Source: Solirubrobacteraceae bacterium
Lineage (GTDB): Bacteria > Actinomycetota > Thermoleophilia > Solirubrobacterales > Solirubrobacteraceae
Direction of reading: 5' to 3'
DNA length: 56,474 nt
Assembly (NCBI GenBank): GCA_030725785.1
Contig: JANRFB010000090.1
Coordinates: 1-56,474 of the forward strand
A program made the translations under genes and the position numbers. This document shows, piece after piece, positions 25,475 through 34,462 of the stretch; the first letter of the stretch is position 1; the number at the start of each line of letters is the position of its first letter. The notes below the pieces were generated by a model that searched no databases, was not told the DNA's origin, and saw nothing but the letters and a program-made list of their open reading frames with translations.

Positions 25475-26851
25475 TTACCAGCTCCCCGGTGGCACAATCG
25501 CCGGGTTGCAGCCGATCAGACTAGTTGTAGACGGGTAAAGAGGCGCCTGCCAAGGTGCGCTGCCATCAGGCGGCGCCTGCGTTGCGGCGCCAGGGCAGCG
25601 CGGCGTGATCGTCGGGCCATTCTGCTCCCAAGCATCACGATTATCGCCAAGATAATCGAGTGATGAGCCGTTGTAGTTGAACGCGCCGAAGGCGGGCGTC
25701 GCGCGGGCGTAGTGGCCGTTGGCGTCGTAGTTCGAGGTGCCTTGGCCAAAGTCGCGCAGCAGCCCGACAAGCTCCGGCGCATATGGCCGCGCAAATGAGA
25801 GCGTTGGCAACGAATCGTTGATCGCCGTGATCGAAGCAGGGAACGATTTCTGAGCTCCAGTGCTGAGCGCTGGGGCGTCCTGCATCAACGAAGTGAAGTC
25901 GTTGTCGGCGCCCGGCTTGCTGACCGTCAAGGCGAGATCCGTGAGCGTTGGGTCGGCCTGAGTGAGCAGCGGCTCGAGGTCGGCTAGGAATGGCGCAAGG
26001 TTCTTCGTCGCCGGCTTCGATGCGGCGACGAGCTGATCGACCGAGCCGAGCGTCGTGCGCAAATTGACAAAGGTTGTGCTGCCGCGCCGCAGCGTCTGCG
26101 GCAGGTAATCGAGTGCTTCGGCCAGCGACTCGTTCTCATCTGCGATCGCACCCAAGCTGATGTTGGCGTTGGTGACGAGATTGGTCAGCGTCGGCCCCTT
26201 CGCAGCCAACGTTCCAACCACCGATGAGGTGCTCTGAAGCATCTGCTCAAGCGCTGGCTGATCACTGTTGAGCTTCTCGATCAGGCCGATTGTCGCGTTC
26301 AGTGACGGCGAGAGGTATGGCAACCCTTTGCGTGCATCGAGACCGCGACCGCGGTACCAAGTGCCGAAGCCCTGGATCACCTCGGCAAGCCCCTTCGTCG
26401 TCTCGGGGTCGAGCGTGTTGAAGAGCTGGTCGATATCAACGATCGTCGTTGTCTGGTCTACCGGAATCGTCTCGCCCTCGGCGATCAGCGGCGCGCTCTG
26501 CGGCCCGGGCGTAAGCGCGATGTAGCGGTTGGCGACGCCGGATAGTGAGGTCGCGCGCATCACGGCGGTCGTTCCGTCATGCAGAGGCGCATAAGGTTCT
26601 TCTACTTCGATCGTGACGGTGGCTTGATTGTTGTCCGTCAGCTCAATGTTGCTGACTTTGCCAACGCGGCGGCCACCAACCTGAACGTCGTTGTCGTTGA
26701 CCAGCTGGCCGGCGGTCTCAAAGGTCATCACGTAGGTCGGGTTCGAACTCCCGCCGGATATGACGATCACTACGAGCACGACGGCGACCGCCGCTACGAG
26801 CAGCGTCACTATGCGAGCCGGCTTCATGCCCGTCCGCCTGCCGTCATCCAT
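25475..26851 (-). CDS. MCE/MlaD-domain protein (1st of six)
   Basis: TM segment IVTLLVAAVAVVLVVIVI plus VQVGGRRVGKVSNI. An alternative start is at 26827. Confidence 0.9.
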   Translation of the reverse strand: MDDGRRTGMKPARIVTLLVAAVAVVLVVIVISGGSSNPTYVMTFETAGQLVNDNDVQVGGRRVGKVSNIELTDNNQATVTIEVEEPYAPLHDGTTAVMRATSLSGVANRYIALTPGPQSAPLIAEGETIPVDQTTTIVDIDQLFNTLDPETTKGLAEVIQGFGTWYRGRGLDARKGLPYLSPSLNATIGLIEKLNSDQPALEQMLQSTSSVVGTLAAKGPTLTNLVTNANISLGAIADENESLAEALDYLPQTLRRGSTTFVNLRTTLGSVDQLVAASKPATKNLAPFLADLEPLLTQADPTLTDLALTVSKPGADNDFTSLMQDAPALSTGAQKSFPASITAINDSLPTLSFARPYAPELVGLLRDFGQGTSNYDANGHYARATPAFGAFNYNGSSLDYLGDNRDAWEQNGPTITPRCPGAATQAPPDGSAPWQAPLYPSTTSLIGCNPAIVPPGSW

Positions 26852-26872
26852 GTCGGCCAGCCGTTAATCGCG

Positions 26873-27754
26873 TTACTCCATCCCCAGAGGACCTTGAGCG
26901 GAACCCGAAAGAAACTGGCGCACAAAGTCGTTGTCGGAGTTGAATAGCTCCTCGGCCGGCCCCGCTTCAACGATCCGCCCGCGCCAGAGCACGGCGATGT
27001 ACTCGGCTACGCGGCGGGCACTCATGATGTCGTGCGTAATCACCGTGTAGGCGCCGCCATTCTCCTCGTGGATCTCCTGAATCAGCTCGCAGAGCAGCGC
27101 CGTACGAACAGGGTCGAGCCCCGAGTCAGGCTCGTCGAAGAGCACGATGTCAGGGTCGAGCACCAAGGCGCGAGCAAAGCCGGCACGCTTGCGCATGCCG
27201 CCCGAAAGCTCGTTGGGCATCTTGTCGCCGGCCTCTGTCAGGCCAACCTCGGCAAGGCGCGCGTTGACGATCCCCATGATCTCGTCCTCGCTCTTATCGG
27301 TGTGCTGACGCAGCGGGAACGCGACATTGTCGAGCAGGTTCATCGAACCGAAGAGTGCGCCGTCTTGAAAGAGCACGCCGAACCTCTTGCGCATCTCGAA
27401 GAGTTCCTCGTCGCGCAGATTTGGAACCGACTCACCGTGAACGAGCACATCGCCGTCATCGGGGTAGAGCAGCCCGACCATGTGCTTAATGCAGACCGAC
27501 TTTCCGGTTCCTGACGGCCCAAGGATCATCGAGATCTTGCCCTCAGGCAACCCGAGATTGAGTCCTTTGAGGATCTTGTTGCGCCCGAACGCCTTGTGAA
27601 CATCGATGAATTCAATCGCATCCGGCACTCCTGTGGGCCGGTTCAGCCCGGTGTGCCAGCGGTATTCCTCTTCGCTACCCATCTTCGCTTCCCGCACGAC
27701 CTTGACGCGCTCGGTCGGATCGATTGGCTGATCACCTTTTTCTTGCCCTGACAT
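26873..27754 (-). CDS. ABC ATPase of the Mce/Mla system (MlaF / MceG-Mkl-like)
   Basis: Walker A GPSGTGKS, ABC signature LSGGMRKR and Walker B IVLFDEPDSGLD. Confidence 0.9.
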   Translation of the reverse strand: MSGQEKGDQPIDPTERVKVVREAKMGSEEEYRWHTGLNRPTGVPDAIEFIDVHKAFGRNKILKGLNLGLPEGKISMILGPSGTGKSVCIKHMVGLLYPDDGDVLVHGESVPNLRDEELFEMRKRFGVLFQDGALFGSMNLLDNVAFPLRQHTDKSEDEIMGIVNARLAEVGLTEAGDKMPNELSGGMRKRAGFARALVLDPDIVLFDEPDSGLDPVRTALLCELIQEIHEENGGAYTVITHDIMSARRVAEYIAVLWRGRIVEAGPAEELFNSDNDFVRQFLSGSAQGPLGME

Positions 27755-27757
27755 CGC

Positions 27758-28561
27758 TTAGCCTCCGATTGGTGCTCGCGGGTTTTGGCCCCAGAAGAGC
27801 TGCGTGCCGAGCATCCCGATCAGATGCACGAGCACGATGTTGAGAACCATTGATTTCGCCGTCGCCGTGCCCACCCCGACAGGGCCACCGCTTGCCGTGT
27901 AGCCGTAATAACAACCGACGAGCACGATCACGGTCGCCATTGACATCGCCTTCATGGCGCTGAATAAGAGGTCGGGAGGGTTTTGGAACTGCCAGAAGAT
28001 CAGCGAGTAACCGCCCTGCGAAACCTCACCAATCTGAATCACAACGGCGAGGTAACTCGCCGCGAAACCGGCGCCGACTGCGGAGATGTAAAGAAAAGGC
28101 AGCACCATCCATGCGGCTAGTAGCCGGGTCGCGCATAGGAAAGTCATCGAGTCGATCCCCATCACTTCGAGAGCGTCGATCTCTTCCGTGATTCGCATCG
28201 AGCCGATCTCGGCAACGATGCCGGTGCCAACTTTGGCCGCCATCATGTAGCCGAAGGCGTAGGGAACGAGCTCGCGCAGGTCGCACCAAGCGGCGAAGAC
28301 GCCGGCGTAGGCTGGCGACCCGACCGAGCGGTTGAAGTAAGCACCCTCAATCCCGCACTGCAGCCCGATGATGAACACGAGACCCCAGATCACCAGCGCC
28401 GAGGAGACGATCAAAATTCCCGACTGGCGCAGCGCCTCGCCAAAGAACTTCAACACCTTGAGGCCGACTACCTCGACCACAACTGTGCTGCAGAACTTGG
28501 TTATCTCACCGAACGAGACGAGTAGATCGCGAGGAACTGCTAGCCAGCTGTTCGGATTCAT
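27758..28561 (-). CDS. yrbEB: YrbE/MlaE-type permease (second)
   Basis: 267-aa polytopic protein. EIDALEVMGIDSMTFL matches the MlaE-family EExDA-type motif. Confidence 0.9.
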   Translation of the reverse strand: MNPNSWLAVPRDLLVSFGEITKFCSTVVVEVVGLKVLKFFGEALRQSGILIVSSALVIWGLVFIIGLQCGIEGAYFNRSVGSPAYAGVFAAWCDLRELVPYAFGYMMAAKVGTGIVAEIGSMRITEEIDALEVMGIDSMTFLCATRLLAAWMVLPFLYISAVGAGFAASYLAVVIQIGEVSQGGYSLIFWQFQNPPDLLFSAMKAMSMATVIVLVGCYYGYTASGGPVGVGTATAKSMVLNIVLVHLIGMLGTQLFWGQNPRAPIGG

Positions 28562-28576
28562 CGCTCGCTCAGCCCC

Positions 28577-29383
28577 TTATCGAATGACGTTGATTTCGGG
28601 GTGAGTAGCGAGCAGCGTCTGCGTGAAAACGTAGTTGAAGGCGAAGATGCCGAGGAACGAGATCACGACCGCTTGGTTGACTGCTCGCCCTACTCCGGCG
28701 GCACCTCCAGACGCAGTCATCCCCTTGTAGCAACAGACGATCGCGATGATCGCGCCGTAACAGGTGCACTTCAGAACCGATCCCCAGAGGTCGGTGACCG
28801 AGGCGTTGGTGAAGAACGTTGCCCAGAACGGACCCAATGGCGCGTGATAGACGAGCGTCGCGAGGATTCCGCCGAAGATTCCGAACAGCAGCGCGTAGAT
28901 GTCGAAGAGGCCAGTGACCAGCATCAGTGCCAGGAAGCGCGGCACAACTAGGTTCTTGATCGGATCTACGCCGAGCACCTGAAGTGCGTCGAGCTCCTCG
29001 CGGATCTTGCGTGCGCCGAGGTCGGCGGTGATCGCCGTTCCGGCGACCCCAGCGAGCACGATTGCCGTAACTAGGGGCGCAAATTCACGAATTGAGGCGA
29101 GCACAAAGAAGCCGCCGAGACGGTCCAAAGCGCCGAAAAGAACAAGGAAGTTGGCGGCTTGTAGCCCTGGCGCGCCGTATCCGAAGGCGACCGTAGAGAT
29201 CAGCAGCGGGAACCAACAGAGACGAAGTGCGAAGAGGAACTGGAGGATGAATTCGCCGCCGTAAGGGAATGGCGGACGAACCGCAGAGATGATCGTCTTC
29301 CCGGTCAGGATCATCATGTCCCCGACCTGCTCAAAGAAGTCGCGCGCTGGGGCGATTGTCCGATCGGCGGCACTTCGAGCCAT
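28577..29383 (-). CDS. yrbEA: YrbE/MlaE-type permease (first)
   Basis: The ATG at 29383 is preceded by GGAGAGGGGGAGAG. REELDALQVLGVDPIKNLV is the MlaE motif. The 329-aa ORF in the track is an N-terminal over-extension. Confidence 0.85.
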   Translation of the reverse strand: MARSAADRTIAPARDFFEQVGDMMILTGKTIISAVRPPFPYGGEFILQFLFALRLCWFPLLISTVAFGYGAPGLQAANFLVLFGALDRLGGFFVLASIREFAPLVTAIVLAGVAGTAITADLGARKIREELDALQVLGVDPIKNLVVPRFLALMLVTGLFDIYALLFGIFGGILATLVYHAPLGPFWATFFTNASVTDLWGSVLKCTCYGAIIAIVCCYKGMTASGGAAGVGRAVNQAVVISFLGIFAFNYVFTQTLLATHPEINVIR

Positions 29384-29438
29384 CTCTCCCCCTCTCCGGT
29401 TGAACTGCAGAAAACCGCTCGACCTACGCAGCTCTCTT

Positions 29439-29468
29439 ATCTTACGACAGGCAGCGGGGTAGCCGCAA
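29439..29468 (-). promoter_or_regulatory. Candidate promoter of the mce operon
   Basis: The minus strand reads TTGCGG (29468-29463), an 18-nt spacer, then TAAGAT (29444-29439), about 55 nt upstream of the yrbEA ATG. Confidence 0.3.
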
Positions 29469-29547
29469 ATAGCTTGTGCCCAATTCCGCAATCCGGCGCC
29501 CCAAAGCTCCCCCTCAACCCGGCCTCGCTGTGCTAGCGTCGCCACTC

Positions 29548-30141
29548 GTGAGCAGCTCGGCTTCATTAAAGATCACGCTCGGTTGCGTTGCCGCGGTCGC
29601 CTTGCTGGCCGCCGGGGCCAGCGGCTGCGGTGGTGGCGAGATGCAGGACGCGGATGAACCAACCGCTACCTACGAGGTCGCGGTCTCGAAGGCTTCGTTC
29701 CCCCGCAGGCAGGGACTAGGCGAGAGTTCAAAGCTCAAGATCACGGTTCAGAATGTCGGGACGCAGGAAATTCCCAACGTCACGATGACCGTCAACGGTC
29801 TCAACTACCGCACTACCGAGCCCGGAGTTGCCGACCCGGTTCGACCGTTCTGGGTTGTAAACATTGGCCCGATCAACGGCACCACCGCGTACGTCAATAC
29901 GTGGGCGCTGGGGCCTCTTGCGGCCGGCGCCGAGCGCCAGTTCGTCTGGTCTCTCAGTGCAACCCAGCCCGGCACGCGGACTATTGAATACCGCGCCGGC
30001 GCAGGGCTGAATGGCAAGGCACGGGCCGTAACCGCCGATGGCGGGGTCCCCGCCGGAACACTCACAGTCAACGTCACGCGACGTCCGCAAGATTCGAGCG
30101 TAGACCCCGCCACCGGGCAGGTCGTACAGAAGGGTGAGTAG
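29548..30141 (+). CDS. Lipoprotein with CARDB-like Ig-fold domain
   Basis: The GTG at 29548 gives the lipobox LLAAGASGCGGG. KLKITVQNVGTQEIPNVTMTVNGL is the typical first strand pair of CARDB domains, from memory. Confidence 0.55.
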   Translation: MSSSASLKITLGCVAAVALLAAGASGCGGGEMQDADEPTATYEVAVSKASFPRRQGLGESSKLKITVQNVGTQEIPNVTMTVNGLNYRTTEPGVADPVRPFWVVNIGPINGTTAYVNTWALGPLAAGAERQFVWSLSATQPGTRTIEYRAGAGLNGKARAVTADGGVPAGTLTVNVTRRPQDSSVDPATGQVVQKGE

Positions 30142-30153
30142 TCGGCCAGCGGC

Positions 30154-30525
30154 CTACTTGGCCTCGTCCGCTGCCTCGGGATGAGCCTGCAACACCTCTT
30201 CGCCCGATTCGCCGGTGCGGACGCGGTAGGCATCATCGACCGGCATGATGAACACCTTGCCGTCGCCCACCGCGCCGGTGCGGCCGTGTTTGAGGATCGA
30301 CTCGACGACAGCTTCGACGTCGGCGTCTGAGACGACGCAGTTGATCTGCACTTTTGGCCTCAGATAGTTGGTCAGTTCGGCGCCGCGGTAGGTCTCGACG
30401 ATCCCCTTCTGACGACCCGATCCCTTTACTTCCAGGACCGTCATTGATGGGAAGCCCAGCTCCAGCAGCTCCAGTCGGATCGGCTCGAAAGCCTCGTGAC
30501 GGATGATCGCTTCAATCTTCTTCAT
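30154..30525 (-). CDS. glnK: PII nitrogen-regulatory protein
   Basis: MKKIEAIIR..., T-loop GRQKGIVETYRGAE and B-loop TGAVGDGKVFI. It lies directly downstream of amt. Confidence 0.9.
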   Translation of the reverse strand: MKKIEAIIRHEAFEPIRLELLELGFPSMTVLEVKGSGRQKGIVETYRGAELTNYLRPKVQINCVVSDADVEAVVESILKHGRTGAVGDGKVFIMPVDDAYRVRTGESGEEVLQAHPEAADEAK

Positions 30526-30548
30526 TACGCAAGCTCCTTTTCAGCTGC

Positions 30549-31982
30549 TTATGAGGATACGCCCGGAGAACCGAGCTGGGGAGCCGCACCGTAACCAACG
30601 AGCTCCGGTGCGGGGATGAACTGTTCCGGGTAGCCGTACATGCCGTGCTCGGAGATGTCGAGTCCGGCGTCTTCTTCGGCCTCGGTCACACGCAGGCCGT
30701 ACGTTTTCTTGATCGCCCAGAAAGTTGCGTAGCTGGCGGCGAAGACAAAGGCGAATACGACGACCACGCCGATCACCTGGTCGCCGAGCTGGCTGAACGA
30801 GCCGGTGTAAAACAGACCGCCCTTGCCGACACCGTTGTACTCGGCCAGCACCGGCAGCGTGAAGAGGCCGCACGAGAGCGTGCCCCAGATACCGCAGATG
30901 CCGTGAGCTGTCAGCGCGCCGACAGGATCGTCGAGCCGCTTGTCGATTGCGTAGACGCCGAGCGGGACGATGAAACCGGCGATCAGGCCGATCAGCACGC
31001 CAGCCCAAGGCGCCACGTAACCCGATGGCGCAGTGATCGCTACGAGCGCGCCGATCATGCCGTTGCCGGCCATGCCGATGTCGATCGTGTGCGTCTTCAG
31101 CCAACTGACCAGTAGCGCGCCGATCGTCCCGGCACCTGCGGCCAGCAGCGTGACGAGCGCCACTTCCGTGAAACGACCGTCCATTGCTCCAAACGTGGAG
31201 CCCGGGTTAAAGCCGAACCAACCGAGCAGCAGAATGATCACGCCTAGCCCGAAGAGCGGCATGTTGTGACCGGGGATCGCCCGCGGGCGCCCCTCAGCGT
31301 CGTACTTGCCTTTACGAGCGCCGAGCAGCAGCAGCACCGCCAGGCCGGCTGTCGCGCCGACGAGGTGGACCGCTGTCGAACCGGCGAAATCCTGCATGCC
31401 GAGGTTGGCCTGAAGCCAGCCACCGCCGAAGACCCAGCCGGAGGCGATCGGGTAAATCAGGCCGGCGAAAATCACAGCGAAAATGACGTAGACGCCAAAC
31501 TTGATCCGCTCCAGCGTCGTTCCCCAAACGATCGCAAGAGAGACGGCGCAGAACACGAACTGGAAGAACCATTTCGACTCAATCGTCGCGTCGGAGAATC
31601 CCATCACCGGGAATGCAGTAATCGGATCGCCATAGTCGCGTAGGAAGAAACCTTCGGTGCCGATGATCTTGCCGCTGGCGCCGCCGAATGCCAGCGCGAA
31701 GCCAATCGCCCAATACATGATTGCGGCGATCGAGAAGTTGGTCAGGATCTTGGCGACGATCGTGCCGGCGTTCTTGCCGCGCGAGAAGCCGATCTCTAGA
31801 AGTGCGAAGCCAGCCTGCATAAAGAGCACGAGGCAGGCGGCTACAAATACCCACATCGAGTTAATGCCGACGGTGTCGGGAACGCCAACGGCGTCGTAGA
31901 TATCGGCCGAGGCAACTGCGGGCACGGCCAGCAGCATGGCAACGCTGGTAATTGCGGCGATTATCGGGGCAGAGCGCTTCAT
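30549..31982 (-). CDS. amtB: Ammonium transporter (Amt family)
   Basis: 477-aa, roughly 11-TM protein with LFMQAGFALLEIG and DFAGSTAVHLVGATAGL. GGAGG lies 5 nt upstream of the ATG. Confidence 0.95.
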   Translation of the reverse strand: MKRSAPIIAAITSVAMLLAVPAVASADIYDAVGVPDTVGINSMWVFVAACLVLFMQAGFALLEIGFSRGKNAGTIVAKILTNFSIAAIMYWAIGFALAFGGASGKIIGTEGFFLRDYGDPITAFPVMGFSDATIESKWFFQFVFCAVSLAIVWGTTLERIKFGVYVIFAVIFAGLIYPIASGWVFGGGWLQANLGMQDFAGSTAVHLVGATAGLAVLLLLGARKGKYDAEGRPRAIPGHNMPLFGLGVIILLLGWFGFNPGSTFGAMDGRFTEVALVTLLAAGAGTIGALLVSWLKTHTIDIGMAGNGMIGALVAITAPSGYVAPWAGVLIGLIAGFIVPLGVYAIDKRLDDPVGALTAHGICGIWGTLSCGLFTLPVLAEYNGVGKGGLFYTGSFSQLGDQVIGVVVVFAFVFAASYATFWAIKKTYGLRVTEAEEDAGLDISEHGMYGYPEQFIPAPELVGYGAAPQLGSPGVSS

Positions 31983-32045
31983 CGGACCTCCAGATTGATT
32001 TGACTGGCAGTCTTGCGGCGAATCTGCGCTGCGCTATTAGCCGCA

Positions 32046-32061
32046 GGTAGAAAGATCTACC
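32046..32061. promoter_or_regulatory. Perfect 16-bp palindrome, candidate operator in the amtB/glnN divergent region
   Basis: GGTAGA-AAGA-TCTACC. It lies 5 nt upstream of a minus-strand TAATAG (32040-32035), which could be the amtB -10 box. Confidence 0.35.
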
Positions 32062-32232
32062 GGCTCCGCTCTCCAATCTGGATAATCGGCGCGCCCTGAC
32101 CCGGCCCCACTAGGGCGTACCGCGCGGCACTCGCTTTAGACATCGGGATAACGTGCGCGAACGAGATCGCATCTAATCTCGTCAACGTCACTCGCGTGAA
32201 GAGCGCGAAAACCAACAAATCTGGAGATCAAG

Positions 32233-34383
32233 ATGGCTTCGAAGACCCGTCAGCAGAACGTAACCGCCGCGCAGTGGGCAGCAAGCTCCGACGGCAGCGG
32301 CCAGTCCGACATCACCGAATCGGCGGCAGCGATCTACGGCGAGAATGTCTTCAACGTGGCAGCCCAGAAGGCTCGCCTACCGAAGGCCGTCTTCGCGAAG
32401 CTGCAGAAGACGCTCGCCGACGGCGAACCGCTCGACCCTGCCCTAGCCGATGCCGTCGCCGACGCGATGCGCACTTGGGCAATGGAGCACGGCGCAACAC
32501 ACTTCACGCACTGGTTCCAGCCGCTGACGAACATGACGGCTGAAAAGCACGATTCCTTCTTTGAGCCCGTCGGCGACGGCACCGCGCTGGCCGCCTTCTC
32601 GGGCAAGGAACTGATTCAGGGCGAGCCTGACGCATCCTCGTTCCCTACCGGCGGCATTCGCGCCACCTTTGAGGCCCGTGGATACACGGCATGGGACCCA
32701 ACCTCGCCTGCATTCATTCTCGAGAATCCAAATGGTTCGGTGCTCTGCATCCCTACCGCCTTCGTCTCTTGGACAGGCGAAGCGCTCGACCACAAGACGC
32801 CTCTGCTGCGCTCGATGGATTCGCTCTCAACGGTCGCGCTTCGGGCGCTCAAATTGTTCGGCGACAAGGCCGCCAGCCGCGTATTCACGACGGTCGGACC
32901 TGAGCAGGAGTACTTCCTGATCGACGAGCAGTACTTCTACGAGCGCCCTGACCTATACACGACTGGCCGCACGCTCTTCGGCGCCAAGCCGCCGAAAGGT
33001 CATGAGCTCGACGAGCATTACTTCGGCACGATTCCGGAGCGGGTCCTGGCCTGCATGCTCGAGACCGAGCGCGAACTGCAGCGGCTCGGCGTACCGGTAA
33101 AGACGCGTCACAACGAAGTCGCGCCGTCGCAGTACGAGCTGGCGCCGATCTTCGAGAACTCAAATGTCGGCTCCGACCATCAGCAGCTGACGATGCAGGT
33201 GCTTGAGAACGTTGCCCGTCGCTACGGCCTCGTCTGCTTGATGCACGAAAAGCCATTTGCTGGCGTCAACGGCTCCGGCAAGCACAACAACTGGTCGATG
33301 GGTACCGATAGCGGCCAAAACCTGCTCGATCCAGGCGACACCCCGGCCGAGAACATCCAATTCCTCTTCTTCTGCGCCGCCGTTATCGCCGCGGTCGACC
33401 GCCATCAGGAGCTGCTGCGTGCGAGCGTTGCCAACGTCGGTCAGGATCATCGTCTCGGCGCCAACGAAGCGCCGCCGGCGATCATCTCGATCTTCCTTGG
33501 CAGTGAGCTAGAGCGGGCTTTCAACGCTGTTGCTGCCGGCAAAGCGACAGATAGCGCAGCCGGCAATTTCCTCGGGCTGGGAACGCCGGTGCTGCCGCCG
33601 CTGCCACTCCATGGCGGCGACCGCAACCGCACCTCGCCGTTCGCCTTCACCGGCAACCGCTTTGAATTCCGCGCGCCGGGCTCGAGCATGTCGCTCGGTT
33701 TCGTCAATACGGCGCTGAACACGATCGTTGCCGAGTCGATCGACATCATGGTCGCCGAGGTTGAGGCTGCGAAAAAGAAGGGGAAGAAGCGCCCCGACGC
33801 GATTCTCGACACGATCAAGAAGACCTGGAAGGCGCACAAGCGGATCGTCTTTGACGGCGACGGTTATGCCGACGCATGGCAGAAGGAAGCCGCTAAGCGC
33901 GGCCTCGCGAACCTGCGTACGACGCCGGACGCGCTGCCATGGCTGGTAGCAAAATCGACGATTCAGGTCTTCGAGCAGTACGACGTGCTCAACGAGCGCG
34001 AGCTTGAGGCTCGCTTCGAAGTTGCCGCCGAGCAGTACGCGACGAAGCTTAATATCGAAGCCGAAACGGCCGCTTCGATGGCGCGCACAATGATCCTCCC
34101 AGCCGCAGTCCGCTATCTAGCCGAATGCAAGGACGCGGGAATGACTGCGCTGTCAAGCGAACTCAAGGCATCGACCGACGAGTTCCTCAAGCGGCTGAAA
34201 GTGCTCGAGAAGGCCAATGCTGGCCACCCTGCTGTCGAGGGGCTAAAAGAGGCGGAGTACATGCGCGACAAGGTGATTCCTGCGATGGACAAGGCGCGCG
34301 AAACGGCCGACAAGCTCGAAGGGCTCGTCGCCGACGACCTCTGGCCGCTTCCGAAGTACTCGGAGATGCTCTTCATCAAGTAA
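32233..34383 (+). CDS. glnN: Glutamine synthetase type III
   Basis: 716 aa. The N-terminus YGENVFN...[10 protein letters not shown]...[11 protein letters not shown] and the core [10 protein letters not shown] are typical of GSIII. GGAGA lies upstream of the ATG. Confidence 0.9.
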   Translation: MASKTRQQNVTAAQWAASSDGSGQSDITESAAAIYGENVFNVAAQKARLPKAVFAKLQKTLADGEPLDPALADAVADAMRTWAMEHGATHFTHWFQPLTNMTAEKHDSFFEPVGDGTALAAFSGKELIQGEPDASSFPTGGIRATFEARGYTAWDPTSPAFILENPNGSVLCIPTAFVSWTGEALDHKTPLLRSMDSLSTVALRALKLFGDKAASRVFTTVGPEQEYFLIDEQYFYERPDLYTTGRTLFGAKPPKGHELDEHYFGTIPERVLACMLETERELQRLGVPVKTRHNEVAPSQYELAPIFENSNVGSDHQQLTMQVLENVARRYGLVCLMHEKPFAGVNGSGKHNNWSMGTDSGQNLLDPGDTPAENIQFLFFCAAVIAAVDRHQELLRASVANVGQDHRLGANEAPPAIISIFLGSELERAFNAVAAGKATDSAAGNFLGLGTPVLPPLPLHGGDRNRTSPFAFTGNRFEFRAPGSSMSLGFVNTALNTIVAESIDIMVAEVEAAKKKGKKRPDAILDTIKKTWKAHKRIVFDGDGYADAWQKEAAKRGLANLRTTPDALPWLVAKSTIQVFEQYDVLNERELEARFEVAAEQYATKLNIEAETAASMARTMILPAAVRYLAECKDAGMTALSSELKASTDEFLKRLKVLEKANAGHPAVEGLKEAEYMRDKVIPAMDKARETADKLEGLVADDLWPLPKYSEMLFIK

Positions 34384-34409
34384 TTGAACGCTCGATTGGC
34401 CGCCGCGAG

Positions 34410-34433
34410 ACCTTGACACGGTTATGTCAAGGT
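34410..34433 (+). terminator. Intrinsic terminator of glnN
   Basis: ACCTTGACA-CGGTTA-TGTCAAGGT, a perfect 9-bp stem, followed by TTCGCGTTTTGCTGC. Confidence 0.65.
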
Positions 34434-34462
34434 TTCGCGTTTTGCTGCTAATCTTGCGGCTT

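Noticed and set aside
29384-29566. N-terminal extensions of track ORFs (28577..29566, 1150.., 8074.., 34424.., 42728.., 43375.., 40656..42764, 7780..8079).
   Set aside because: Internal starts give proper signal peptides, conserved N-termini and/or Shine-Dalgarno sequences. The extensions run through intergenic or divergent-promoter DNA.
32006-32017. Sigma-54-like TGGCAG..TTGC element in the amtB/glnN intergenic region.
   Set aside because: The GG-to-GC spacing is about 3 nt too short for a -24/-12 promoter, and actinobacterium-type genomes generally lack RpoN.
32148-32202. GlnR-box-like repeats (ATAAC-N6-GAAC, GTCAC-N6-GAAGA) upstream of glnN.
   Set aside because: These are only partial matches to gTnAc-N6-GaAAc. 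Similar strings are expected by chance in 250 bp. They are not reportable without a genome-wide motif search.
32074-32224. Repeated octamer AATCTGGA (32074 and 32217) in the nitrogen control region.
   Set aside because: One repeated 8-mer in 250 bp is about what is expected by chance. The second copy is simply the glnN ribosome-binding region.
34384-34462. Riboswitch (SAM or cobalamin) upstream of metH.
   Set aside because: The gap is only 79 nt and is mostly occupied by the glnN terminator hairpin. No conserved riboswitch cores are visible.
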